DNA from: Cyanidioschyzon merolae
Lineage: Eukaryota
DNA: 64,000 nucleotides
Reading direction: 5' to 3' (one strand)
Assembly: GCA_000091205.1 (NCBI GenBank)
Contig: AP006501.2
Below the pieces are notes generated by a model that ran no database searches, was not told the DNA's origin, and saw only the letters and a program-made list of their open reading frames with translations. Within the stretch, counting starts at the first letter, position 1. Each line of letters opens with the position of its first letter. A program made the position numbers and the translations under genes. Below, in pieces: positions 21,049-31,580 of this stretch.

Positions 21049-23367
21049 TTAACGCCATTGAATGATGCTTAGACCGTCTCGAATAGGCAAAATGACCTGC
21101 GTAACGCGTGCATCTTCCAGTACGTGTTGGTTAAAGGCATGAACCGCGTCCATGAGCTTCCGACTGCGTAGCGCGATGCGCTCTGCATGTTCGCCAAATT
21201 CAACATCCTCCATTTGGGCGTGTTTCTGCTTCCCGTAAACAGGCCGAAACAGAACATTATCGACAAGCAACGCACCATTCGGAGATAAGAGTCTATGATC
21301 CAGGATGAAATCAAAGTAGGTGATGTACCGGCGCTTGTCAGCGTCGAGATATATGAGATCAAAAGGCGCAACAGCTTGGTCGCGGAAGCGCTCCAGTACA
21401 TCCAAAACGGCGCCTCGGTGCAGCTCAATAGGCGCCAGCTGACCAGCAACACATTTGAAGAACTGCTCGGCGGTGTCTGCAGCGTTGGGGTCCTGCTCAA
21501 CCGTCACCACAGTTTGGACGTGGTTCGGACCCATGGCGCCAGCAAAACACAACGTTGCATAACCGGTAAACGTGCCCAGCTCGAGCACACGTTGCGCTCG
21601 CAACAGCCTAGCGACCGCGTGCAGGACGGCACCTTGGACAGGTCCACTCATCATGTGCGCGGCTTGCGGGAACTTGCGATGCGTCTCGGCCGCGAGCTCC
21701 CGCAGGATTGGTGCTTCGGTACCCCAGGGAGCGGTGCGGCTCATGGTCTGTGCGTACCAGTGCAGCTCATTGCTAGCGCTTGCGAGTGCAAGCTCGAGAC
21801 CTCGCTGGCACTCGGGGCTACAGCATCCCGAGAGCCGGTGGCGACAACGTGCGCACTGGATCATCCGTCGATGGCAAGGTACATGCGCACAGTGCAAGAC
21901 GTCCAGTGCTGGGGCACTGCACGTTTCACATCGGCTCAAAATATCATTCGTCACCGGGGTTTTGAGGCGTTCATCGAATACATAGATGGATCCTTTGAAT
22001 TTGGGATCCCATCCTTGACGATGCGCCTCTGCGGCGTACGAAACGACGCCGCCGGCAAGTCGCTCCACGCGTTGAAATCCGAGGCGGTTCTCCAGATAGG
22101 CAGCTGCTTTGACACAGCGAATTCCGCCTGTGCAAAAAGTGAGTATCCGTCGATCTCGAGGCTCGTTTGCTAGACGCGCCTCAAGCGCTTTCCAAGTCTC
22201 CCGGTAGGTGCGGGTGTTCAGGGGGCGAGCCTCAGCGCTCCCGAAAAATGTTCCAAGCTGCGTCTCGTAATCATTCCTCACGTCGATCAGAATGGCGTGC
22301 GGGTCTTCCAAAGCCTGATGCCACTCTGCCGGGCTCAGCTCTCGACCAGCTTGCGTCAGATCAAGCGGCTCCTTGAGACCGTCAGCGACGATTTTCTGCC
22401 GACAACGGATATGTAGGTTACGAAACGGAGGCTGTGCAGCGAATTGAGCTGCCGACAGCAACTGTGGATCCAAGTTCAGATAGACACCAGCGAGTTCAAC
22501 CAGGTACGGAGACTCGGCTTCGAGCAACCGCTTCAACGCGTCGAGGCTACGCAGAGGAACTGCGACCTGCGCGTTGATGCCCTCCGGTGCTATGTAGATG
22601 CGACCGCGAATCGCCAGTGGTTTCAGGTAGAAACGTAGACGAGAGGCGAGCTCTTCCGGCTCTGCAATGGGCACAAAGCGATAGAATGAAAGCATTTGGA
22701 TATCTTCGTCTACGGCATCGAGCTCCTTGGCTGGATAAAATGGCGGCAACATCCGTGCCCGCTGCCGTTCTCGTACCCCGTCGGTGTTTCGGGGCCGCTG
22801 TCGAAACTCCTCTATCATAGAATCGCTGATTTGCGGGTCGAAACGCAGATACAGAGGGGCTTTGGCTTGCCAAGCCTCTTTTAACAGTGCATCAGAGTCA
22901 ACGAGCTCCAGCGAGTCTGGCCTGTGTGCAACAAGGACAACGTGAAGCGGTGTGCCCTCGAGTCGTTGCAGCGCTGAGAAGCGTTCCCATATCCCTTTTC
23001 GAAGCAATTCAAGACTCGGCTCGGTTCCGGGAACAAAGATGCGTCCTTTCCGGTCACTGGCCGCCACCCGAAGAGCAGCTCGTAGTTGCGGTGCTAAATA
23101 GACCCGAAATACCCACTGGGCACCCTGGAACTCGCGTTCTGGTTCACGAGTGCTTCCGGTCACATAAGCCAGATCCGGCACGTTTGCTGATAGGTGCCGA
23201 AGCACGCTCCGCTGCGACCGGCGACGGCATGCGGCGACCTTGAGACCTCGCCGAAACGCAAAACAGAAAGTTTTCGAAGGCGAACTTGTCCAGAAAGCGA
23301 CGGGTTGTGCGAAAGCGACTGCCTTCAACTGTGTACACGGCGACATCCACAGCATGAGCAAACGCAT
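21049..23367 (-). CDS. fusion protein: N-terminal extension, then TrhO/YceA-type rhodanese-domain tRNA U34 hydroxylase, then class-I SAM-dependent O-methyltransferase (Methyltransf_3 / TrmR / catechol-OMT type)
   Basis: Residues ~215-520 match E. coli TrhO end to end: 'SFYRFVPIAEPEEL ... IRGRIYIAPEGINAQVAVP', 'IRCRQKIVADGL', 'ILIDVRNDYETQLGTF', 'ILTFCTGGIRCVKAAAYL', 'GGVVSYA', 'KGSIYVFDERL' and a C-terminal Cys cluster. Residues ~560-772 are an O-methyltransferase: 'RVLELGTFTGYATLCFAGAM', 'FDLIYLDADKRRYITYFDFILDHRLLSPNGALLVDNVLF' (compare CCoAOMT 'FDFIFVDADKDNYINYH ... GGLIGYDNTLW'). The ATG start is verified at 23365-23367. Confidence 0.8.
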   Translation of the reverse strand: MRLLMLWMSPCTQLKAVAFAQPVAFWTSSPSKTFCFAFRRGLKVAACRRRSQRSVLRHLSANVPDLAYVTGSTREPEREFQGAQWVFRVYLAPQLRAALRVAASDRKGRIFVPGTEPSLELLRKGIWERFSALQRLEGTPLHVVLVAHRPDSLELVDSDALLKEAWQAKAPLYLRFDPQISDSMIEEFRQRPRNTDGVRERQRARMLPPFYPAKELDAVDEDIQMLSFYRFVPIAEPEELASRLRFYLKPLAIRGRIYIAPEGINAQVAVPLRSLDALKRLLEAESPYLVELAGVYLNLDPQLLSAAQFAAQPPFRNLHIRCRQKIVADGLKEPLDLTQAGRELSPAEWHQALEDPHAILIDVRNDYETQLGTFFGSAEARPLNTRTYRETWKALEARLANEPRDRRILTFCTGGIRCVKAAAYLENRLGFQRVERLAGGVVSYAAEAHRQGWDPKFKGSIYVFDERLKTPVTNDILSRCETCSAPALDVLHCAHVPCHRRMIQCARCRHRLSGCCSPECQRGLELALASASNELHWYAQTMSRTAPWGTEAPILRELAAETHRKFPQAAHMMSGPVQGAVLHAVARLLRAQRVLELGTFTGYATLCFAGAMGPNHVQTVVTVEQDPNAADTAEQFFKCVAGQLAPIELHRGAVLDVLERFRDQAVAPFDLIYLDADKRRYITYFDFILDHRLLSPNGALLVDNVLFRPVYGKQKHAQMEDVEFGEHAERIALRSRKLMDAVHAFNQHVLEDARVTQVILPIRDGLSIIQWR

Positions 23368-23612
23368 GAGAAGAGAACGTGTCTCGGAGACCCGATACCT
23401 CCCGTGTGTCTAGACGGAAGCCGTACCCCTGTTTCCCTTAAGCGCCGGTGCACGCGAACTCGTACCGAGTCGAGGCAACGACCAGACAAGCCGAGGTGCC
23501 GGTACGCTTTCACCAGCCTGTTCCGAGCTCCGAGTCCAATCAGTGCAGAAAACTTTTACAACGGCGTTTCGTTACCCTCTGGGCAGTGCAGGTGCCACGA
23601 AATGAAGGAACT

Positions 23613-23614
<2 letters not shown>

Positions 23615-23647
<33 letters not shown>
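23615..23647. repeat. (CAG)11 microsatellite
   Basis: A perfect cag x11 run lies in the intergenic region upstream of the TrhO-OMT gene. Confidence 0.9.
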
Positions 23648-23650
<3 letters not shown>

Positions 23651-26579
23651 AGTATGTCGCGGTGTAAGGTTCGCGGAAACGCGAGCCTGAGGCAGTCGGT
23701 ATCCGCCGTCGAAGAGTTGGGTCCAAGCTTATGTGCGATACCTGCAGGTTCTGTGAGAAACTTCCTCCAACGCTTGTTTGTGTTTCTATAGCATCGGAGC
23801 TGCGAACCAGAGTCCAATGGATATGTGGATGCTATCTATACCCAGAGGGAGGTTTCCGATGTTCCGCAGACGCCTCCGGAACGCACCTACCCGTAGAACA
23901 ATCGTCTTCTCGAGGGGTGCGCGTTGAACGAACTGGCAACCGTCCCTGCGCCGAGCCTAACACCGGCTCTTGAAGCGGTGCTAAAAACTGCCTCCAAGTA
24001 CCTGGTGCCGTCACCTGGGAAGTAGCACGGCGAGCAATGCTCTTAGCCGCCACTATCACAAGAGGAGCGCACTTGATACTGCTAGGTTTTGTGCGTGCAC
24101 GAGCCAGTTGTCACAGCAAACTGCATACGTTTATGCGGTACCCCGTCTGAAGAAGCCCTGCAAGATAGCTCTGGGTTCAGATGCCTATCGCCGAGGTCCT
24201 CCACATGCAGTAAAGCTGATTCGGATAGAAATCAGCCCGTGCTACGCCCGTGGCGGTTTGAAATAGAAGCAGCTCCATCTTGTGCACCTGGACCTAATCG
24301 CTAAACTTTCGGTCTCTTCCCAGCGTCACAAACAGCAGCCCCTGCGAGCGTTGGCTGCGACTGCATCCTTTTCCTCTTTCTCGTATTCGGCACGAAAGAC
24401 GTCGGCCAATCTTTTGCCTCAAGGTGCATTGCCAGCAGTCGAAGGGCCGTGATAGCAGCATTCAAGTGTCAATTTCGTAGCTTCCCGCGGTTGTCTACAC
24501 ATCTGAAATGCAAGCGGATATTGCGCTTGACGAATCTTTGTCGTAGGCAGCCGAGGAACGCCCCTCGCAAAGGGTAACACTCGACTGTGGTCAGGCGCTC
24601 CTAAATATCCATCGAACCTCTTGATGTTCCGATTACCGCCCAGTTTTGCACGTAAACGGTTGGTTCATCGCCGGATACATGCCTTGGGCTGCTACAGATG
24701 GCTCTCAGCGATGCTCTCCTCGGTATTCGGGCACGCTGTCGTGTCCTTCGATCATGGGCTTCTTCTAAGTGGTCCCCAAGGTGCTGTCGCTGTCTGTTGT
24801 ACAAGAAAGCGAACGGAGCCTCATTGAATACAGGATTTGTGGCACGGCACCTTGTTCATCATGGACCAAGTACCGGATGGTTAAATATATTTTTCGGAGA
24901 ACAAGTTTACAAATTTCGATGCTTCTACGCAGCCTCTACCCACGGCTGTGACGCATTTTTCTCCAGAAGCAATCGTAGTGATCACTGAGGGCAGAGTGCA
25001 AGACCCTTTTGCATGCAAACAAAAGAGACGATATCGTCTGGAAGTATATCTTGTGACAGGTATCGAGTTGCGGTCGACAACTGTTTCTTGAATGCACACA
25101 AAGAGAGAAGGGTTTCTTTTTAGAACGAACTCTACTATTTGAGGTGAAAGGTTCAGCGAACTTTCAACAAGATCTTGCGAGCAAGACTTCAAAGGACGAA
25201 GTCGAGTACTTTTCATTATATATCCAGCGACGTGAATCGCTCCACCGGAGAGTTGCCCTGAGACAGGAGGATCCAAAACTTGAGCGATACGTGATCGAAT
25301 ACGCAGCAAAATAGGGAAAGGAGAAACGCACAGGCTGTAAGAATGAAATCGGACCATGATAATAGCGGTTACACGAACTCTTGTTTGCGAGCATCGCAAA
25401 TCATCTTGCTAATGACGGTGACGTAACGAAATCCAACGCAAACGCGTCGAATGAGCCAACCAGAAAAGTGCGGCGGAGAATCCTGAAACCATACATGAAT
25501 CCATACGCCCCTCTCCCTCCAGTTCGATTTTCGAGGCTTTGCATCACAGAAAATAACTCAGGGGAGACTCGAAACGCAGGAACAGAACGACAAGCTGAGT
25601 GTTCTATTCTCGTCCGACGCAGGTGGTACCACGTGCATGAAGCACACAGGTCGGAAGCTGTCGCTTCATGGACAAGTGCCCGTGAATGCGCCAAGAGGTT
25701 TTGCCACGCACGTACAAATATATTTTTATCGTATGGAATTCAGCACCAGTAGTTCCGCATCAGCACACATAACGCTGGCCAATGTTTCCGAAATGTGTCT
25801 ATACCACTGCATTGAGCAACACCAAGCCTTCTCTCTGGGTTCATCCATGCTCAGTGCCAATTCAATACTCTGGGAAAGAAAGTCTGGGCTCGCTTCAGCC
25901 AGAGCACAACTGGCGATCACCGGTCGGATATCCTAGCTTCAGTTGCGCGTGACGCCACCTGCCGGGGCACTCGCCAAACATGGCTACCTAGTGCACCCTC
26001 TTGCAGCAAATGCTCATCACACTTTGATGTATTCGCAAAATACCTCGTTCATAGCCTCGCTTCGCATAGAATGTCGGTCTTGGTCGCTGCCGGCGTTTAG
26101 CCTACTGAAATGTTTGCAGTATCGCCTGAGGCTCGGATCGACCAGGGCGCCTACCTTCCGTTCGGATACATTCCCGCGAAACGGATACGCACGCGGGGCC
26201 AGCACATGGTACACCTCTTCATTGGTGGATGACAAGCAAAAGCCCCGATCGCCAACCGACCATGCATTCCACACAGACACTTTTGTAAAGGAGTGATGCG
26301 GCGTGCAGCGCTCTTCCGAACAGCCACCTGTGTGCCACGCGCCGTGCCGCAACGGTACGCCTACCGACGTGCAGACGCTCCGAGTATAAGCCAGCGAACA
26401 CGAGTCCCGATTCTGCGTCTGATGAATGACACCTCAACTGGCCGCCCCCAAAGATATTTTGAAGTGCCAATATATCTCCGTGTTGTGTCTGCGCATCGAC
26501 GCTACAACTATGATTATCACGGACATTTACGGGCGACACGACGCACGGTGCAACGTACGCAGTGATAGGTTTGTACAAC

Positions 26580-27331
26580 GGAAATTATGGACCTTGGAAC
26601 CTGTACGTAGGGTGACGAGCGATGGATGCTAACCAGCATACCGGTCTCCGTGCCACTATGAAGCATTCGTGGTTACGATAAACATCCTATCAAATAAAAC
26701 AAGAACTTGAATAGAGCGAATCAGCGACGTACTGCACAAACACGACGTTTGGAGCGGCAGATACGACGGAAATTATGGACCTTGGAACCTGTACGTAGGG
26801 TGACGAGCGATGGATGCTATCCAGCATACAGGTCCCCGTGCCACTATGAAGCATTCGTGGTTACGATAAACATCCTATCAAATAAAACAAGAACTTGAAT
26901 AGAGCGAATCAGCGACGTACTGCACAAACACGACGTTTGGAGCGGCAGATACGACGGAAATTATGGACCTCGGAACCTGTACGTAGGGTGACGAGCGATG
27001 GATGCTATCCAGCATACAGGTCCCCGTGCCACTATGAAGCATTCGTGGTTACGATAAACATCCTATCAAATAAAACAAGAACTTGAATAGAGCGAATCAG
27101 CGACGTACTGCACAAACACGACGTTTGGAGCGGCAGATACGACGGAAATTATGGACCTTGGAACCTGTACGTAGGGTGACGAGCGATGGATGCTATCCAG
27201 CATACCGGTCTCCGTGCCACTATGAAGCATTCGTGGTTACGATAAACATTCTATCAAATAAAACAAGAACTTGAATAGAGCGAATCAGCGACGTACTGCA
27301 CAAACACGACGTTTGGAGCGGCAGATACGAC
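26580..27331. repeat. 188-bp tandem satellite, 4.0 copies
   Basis: Units start at 26580, 26768, 26956 and 27144, an exact 188-bp period. Identity is over 97%, with a few linked variants ('ccggtctccg' in copies 1 and 4; 'caggtccccg' in copies 2 and 3). The period is not a multiple of 3. The array ends about 105 bp upstream of the lunapark-like ATG. Confidence 0.9.
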
Positions 27332-27436
27332 GCGCCATTGGAGACGCATATCTGGAGCGTTCGCGGTATCGCTTGCGCTGCGCAGGCTGTGGGAAACTGC
27401 TTGTACTTGCCCATGGGTTTTCTATGGTGGTTGGGT

Positions 27437-28723
27437 ATGGGATCAAGTCGTGAACCGCGCGAGAGTCGCCGACTAGCGCGTCTCGAGAAGCGCATATCGG
27501 TTCTCAGTGGTCGACTCGAGGCTTGGCGACGACGGAAAGAGCGAACGCTAGCCGCCTTCCGCCTTTACGCCTTCTTCTTTGTGTGCATCTGGACTGCTTA
27601 CGCCTTTACTTTCAATGACTTGTTGTTTCTGGGGGCATTTGCGAATAGCAGGCTCAGGGCTGTTCTCGTGCTGTCGACGAGTGGTGGTGCATACCTCTTT
27701 TTGTACAAGATCGCTTCGCTCTGGTATCGTTGGCGCATCGAGTCCGCCGAGGAGAGACTTGCCAAGTATCGGGAAGAAAAGGCCGAGCTTTTAGAACAGC
27801 TGAAAGAAAGCACCCGGTTCTACGAGACAATAAAGCTGCTGGAGAAGTACGGTGGTGTACCGGACGCGCTTCGCCCGATCAGCAGCGCGGAAGAGTCGAG
27901 GGCAGCGTCTCCAACGGCAACATCTGGCACACCTGGAGCAGTGCGGGCACCTGGAGAGCAAGAAACAGCTTCCAGCTCGGGCGTTGCATCACCTAGCGCA
28001 GGCACGAGTGGTTCTCCGAGAAGCTCTACAATTGCCCGCTTGACCAACCGCGTCGTTGATGTCCTAACCAAGGACGAAGAGGACTGGGATGAGCCCCAGA
28101 CTGCCCGTGAAGCGTTCCTTATAGGACGCCTGCGCGAAATGCGGGAAGCGCTCACACGTGAGCACAGCCAGCGTCTTCAGCTGCAACGTGCCCTCGAGAG
28201 CCTCGAACGGCAGCTGTGCGACTTACGGTCGCCGTCACATCCAGAGCCTGCAGCATGCCCTTCGGATCCTTCTAATCTGGAAAACAGGCGGATACCAGAG
28301 AACAATCCCGAGACTTCTGGCAGAGGTGTGAAGGCGGCAGCAGTCACCCTGTCCACGAGCAAGGCTGGTTCTCTTCATATGGAGGACGCGGGCGTGTCAC
28401 CGATCACTGGTCATGGACAGCGACGTGGCGTCTTGAATAATTCCCCAACTGAGCCGGTGTCGCGAGCACAGCTCAACGACGAACCCATGGATTCAGTATT
28501 GAGCTCCAGCGTGGATAGGTCAGCCCTGTCGCTGCACAAATCGAACGAGGATGAATCCGAAATCTGTGCACAGCGCAGCGGGCATCCACGGCAACCCAGC
28601 ACTGAGCAGAGCGGTACTCCCATTGGGCACGGCCCATCGAGCGGATCGCGGAACGAGTCGCCTCTGCAGACGATGCAAAAGCTCCGCCGCCAGCGCCTAA
28701 ACCCTTCTCGTACAGAGCGCTAA
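27437..28723 (+). CDS. lunapark-like ER membrane protein (N-terminal coiled-coil, two TM helices, coiled-coil); the C-terminal zinc finger is not evident
   Basis: 'RRLARLEKRISVLSGRLEAWRRRKERT' is followed by the TM stretch 'LAAFRLYAFFFVCIWTAYAF', a second TM stretch, then 'ERLAKYREEKAELLEQLKESTRFYETIKLLEKYGG'. The last block matches human LNPK 'EALDDLKSQRKKILEEVMEKETYKTAKLILERFDPD'. The track ORF starts at 27338 inside the satellite; I take 'MGSSRE ...' at 27437. The C-terminal half is S/P-rich and low-complexity, with no CxxC pairs. Confidence 0.45.
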   Translation: MGSSREPRESRRLARLEKRISVLSGRLEAWRRRKERTLAAFRLYAFFFVCIWTAYAFTFNDLLFLGAFANSRLRAVLVLSTSGGAYLFLYKIASLWYRWRIESAEERLAKYREEKAELLEQLKESTRFYETIKLLEKYGGVPDALRPISSAEESRAASPTATSGTPGAVRAPGEQETASSSGVASPSAGTSGSPRSSTIARLTNRVVDVLTKDEEDWDEPQTAREAFLIGRLREMREALTREHSQRLQLQRALESLERQLCDLRSPSHPEPAACPSDPSNLENRRIPENNPETSGRGVKAAAVTLSTSKAGSLHMEDAGVSPITGHGQRRGVLNNSPTEPVSRAQLNDEPMDSVLSSSVDRSALSLHKSNEDESEICAQRSGHPRQPSTEQSGTPIGHGPSSGSRNESPLQTMQKLRRQRLNPSRTER

Positions 28724-30083
28724 ATGAATCGGAAAACGCATCTTGGTGCCCTGGTTGGTGCAAGCACCTCTGGATATGGACTCGAATCGCTGACCAATGT
28801 CAGGGCTGCGATCATTCCGCGTCTACACGGGCAGCGAACGAGATGCGTTGTCCAGGTGGTGGTGTATAAGATGCCGCCAACGTAAATTGTCGGAGTGCCC
28901 AGGGATCGTTGTATTCCTGATCAAGTGTGCTCGACCGGCCAGTTGGATGGCGCTGCGCTCACTTGGCGAATCTCCCAACTCTTTGGAGGGGATACGTTGC
29001 CGGTCGCCTGTTCGGATGTGGGGCGTTCATTCGCAGGTGGCCGGCTAGAGAAGCATCGCGGAGGTTCCCCAGATCGACGTGCGGCGCTCGATGACGCTTT
29101 CATAGACTGAATGTGGGCTGGGACCTGCCCCGCAACAACGACTCTATTTGCGGCACTTGGCCAGTTCGTCCAGGAGAATGCGTCATTTGGCCGTCCTACT
29201 TGGAAAGACTCCTAGTCGTGTGCATCGCGGGTTTTCCCAACCACGGGAAACAACCCAAGCGCTCCATCGAAAATGCTTTGGAATAAAATTTGAACCACGA
29301 CATGCACACGAACATTCGCAGCGCATACCAGATTTCCCAGCAACAGCGTGACATAAAGTGGGCAACTGCGTATGCTGCTAGCGTTCGTTCCTCATATATT
29401 CAGATAGCAGCAGCAAAGAAAGGAGACCAACGCGTATGCTGCCGCTCAAGCACCGATACAGTGTCCACCACAACATGCACGAGGGACCAATCTTCCTGTC
29501 TGAGCGGGTTACAGTACTGCGAAAGTGCGGGAGCATCCAAGGACAGGCGACTGCTGGTTTGTTGTCTTGCTCACGAGTGGTCCCGCTTAGCGTCAGCAGC
29601 ATCGACAGTGGCACACCCACCGATGTGGCAATACGTCGCTGGTAGCACTCTGTTCATTCGCGTGCACGGCTGGGAATCGGTAGAAACTGTGGTTGCAGGC
29701 GTGGTATCCGGGGATCTCAACATGCAGCTTGTCGTATCCAGCCCCATATCGTCACTCCTGGAACGAGGTGATGCCTGTGTGCATACAGAGTCATTCACGA
29801 AACCTTGCAACGCCACCGAAGCGCTGCTGTAGAGACGTGTCTGCCTCATGATACGGAAAATAATCGTGCGCGTATACTTTTCCAATATACTGAGCACATT
29901 TCCCGTTAGCACAGACAAGTTCGATGGACGGGTATGACAGTGCGTGCTTTTGTTTCCATTTGGTCGTTGCAAATCACCCGTTAGCATAGACTAGGTCGAT
30001 ATACAAGCGCGAACGTACGTACCTTCGTTTCCATGTGTTGTTCACACATCTCTTGTTTGCCTAGACTAGGTTCTTTCGTCGAG

Positions 30084-31580
30084 TCAGTGGGGTACTGCAC
30101 CAGTGGGATCCGGCGGATTCGACTCTTGTCTATCGTATTGATGAAAGGCGCCCTCTCCGATGAGCTTTTGCGCAAACAGATGATCATAGATACGATACGC
30201 TTTCTTGTCGTCAATACCGAGCAACAGGCGTACATCTTTTCGACGGACAGCGCCTGTGCGAGCGTTCTCGCGCAAGAGGATCTCTTTGCACACCAGGTAC
30301 TGGTGCGGCGAAAGTCGCAGACCAGCACAGAGCTCGGTCTCACTCCTTGTCAAGAGTTCGATGCCATCCGTACAAAAGAGCTCTGGTCCAGACTGGCGTC
30401 GGAGACTGCTCACTTGCCCATTCCAGTACGCATACAGATCAATGCCGTTCACTTTCAGCACGCGTTCACGAATTTGCTCGGCATCCGGTCCCGTGAGCGC
30501 ACCATGTACTCGCTGCAGCAGTTCTTCTGAAGGCAACAGTCGACGACCGACCCCTGGGGTAAGTTTTGAAACGTCCACAAACGCTGCTGCCGCTGCCAGC
30601 TGCGTCGCCTGCAACTGCACTCGAGCTTGATAGAGCGCTTCGATGCGCTCTCGCAAATGGCGTTCACGAAGCATCCCTAACAGAAGATCTTCGTGAATTT
30701 GAGGGTTGAGCGAATGCCGAAAAAATGGTTTCGAGTGCTCCCAGAGGTCACGCAGATCTGGACTCATGGCTTTCTCTACACGACTCTTAGCCTTCAGGTC
30801 ACAGAAACCAGAACCCAGGGCGAAGCGTTTGCGCTCGACCCGCTCATCGAGGCAGTGATTGTAGATCTCCATGACGCGGGTCTTGAGTTCAACGTCACGA
30901 GCGTTTTCCGTGCGTTCGATTTCCATGTCTGCCACGATTTCCTCCCTTTCGTTATCCCATTCGTAGATAAAGTCACCACGCTTCGGCATGTATCCCGACA
31001 TTTCATCAATGGTGTACTCGTGCATCACTTTGAGACTTTTCGGGTCTGGCTCGGGTAGCTCTTGAATTTCTTGGGTAGCAGGTCGCGGCAGCAATGTTGG
31101 ACGAAAGATATCCGCGATTCCTGTTGGTGTGGCCTCCAGGTAAACACGCGTATAATGCAGTTCTGCGTAGCGTGCATTCTTGCCGCCTCCGATCATGGTC
31201 GAAACATCGGACCAGTTGCCGATGCCGTAGTATTCGAGCGCTTCGAGGAGACGTTCCTCCTCAGCACCCGTCCAGCTCTCTTCGAAAACGTCCACATCTA
31301 CGACCTCCAAAACTCGGTAATCGTGATTGGAACGATGATCATCAGTTTCTGCTCCGATGGAGAAACAGTCAATACAGAGGTCGTACTCGACGCAGACCGC
31401 ACATCGAATGCGGACGGTGTCTGAGATATCCCGAGCGCAGTTGTTACAGTGGTATCTGCCTGAAGTGCTCGTTACCGGTTGTTTGGATGACTTGCGAGCA
31501 CCTCCGCGACGTTTTCGGGAGCGTTTCACATCGATATCCGCAACGTCACTGCTAGCAGAGTGCCCTGCAGTGGAGTCCAT
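30084..31580 (-). CDS. ADA2: transcriptional adaptor ADA2 (ZZ zinc finger, SANT, SWIRM)
   Basis: The ZZ finger is 'YHCNNCARDISDTVRIRCAVCVEYDLCIDCFSIGAETDDHRSNHDYRV'. The SANT domain is 'WTGAEEERLLEALEYYGIGNWSDVSTMIGGGKNARYAELHY'. The C-terminus is SWIRM-like. The ATG start is at 31578-31580. Confidence 0.85.
   Translation of the reverse strand: MDSTAGHSASSDVADIDVKRSRKRRGGARKSSKQPVTSTSGRYHCNNCARDISDTVRIRCAVCVEYDLCIDCFSIGAETDDHRSNHDYRVLEVVDVDVFEESWTGAEEERLLEALEYYGIGNWSDVSTMIGGGKNARYAELHYTRVYLEATPTGIADIFRPTLLPRPATQEIQELPEPDPKSLKVMHEYTIDEMSGYMPKRGDFIYEWDNEREEIVADMEIERTENARDVELKTRVMEIYNHCLDERVERKRFALGSGFCDLKAKSRVEKAMSPDLRDLWEHSKPFFRHSLNPQIHEDLLLGMLRERHLRERIEALYQARVQLQATQLAAAAAFVDVSKLTPGVGRRLLPSEELLQRVHGALTGPDAEQIRERVLKVNGIDLYAYWNGQVSSLRRQSGPELFCTDGIELLTRSETELCAGLRLSPHQYLVCKEILLRENARTGAVRRKDVRLLLGIDDKKAYRIYDHLFAQKLIGEGAFHQYDRQESNPPDPTGAVPH

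Noticed and set aside
26580-27331. Possibility that the 188-bp array is a 5S rRNA, snRNA or spliced-leader gene cluster, or a CRISPR-like array.
   Set aside because: The unit does not match the 5S ('gcctacggccatacc ... ') or U-snRNA conserved blocks by eye. The units are contiguous with no unique spacers, so it is a satellite rather than CRISPR. I left it as an untested ncRNA possibility in the findings.
26707-27453. Four identical 63-aa ORFs 'MNRANQRRTAQTRRLERQIRRKLWT ...'.
   Set aside because: They are artefacts of the 188-bp satellite. The 188-bp period is not divisible by 3, and each ORF restarts inside a new copy.
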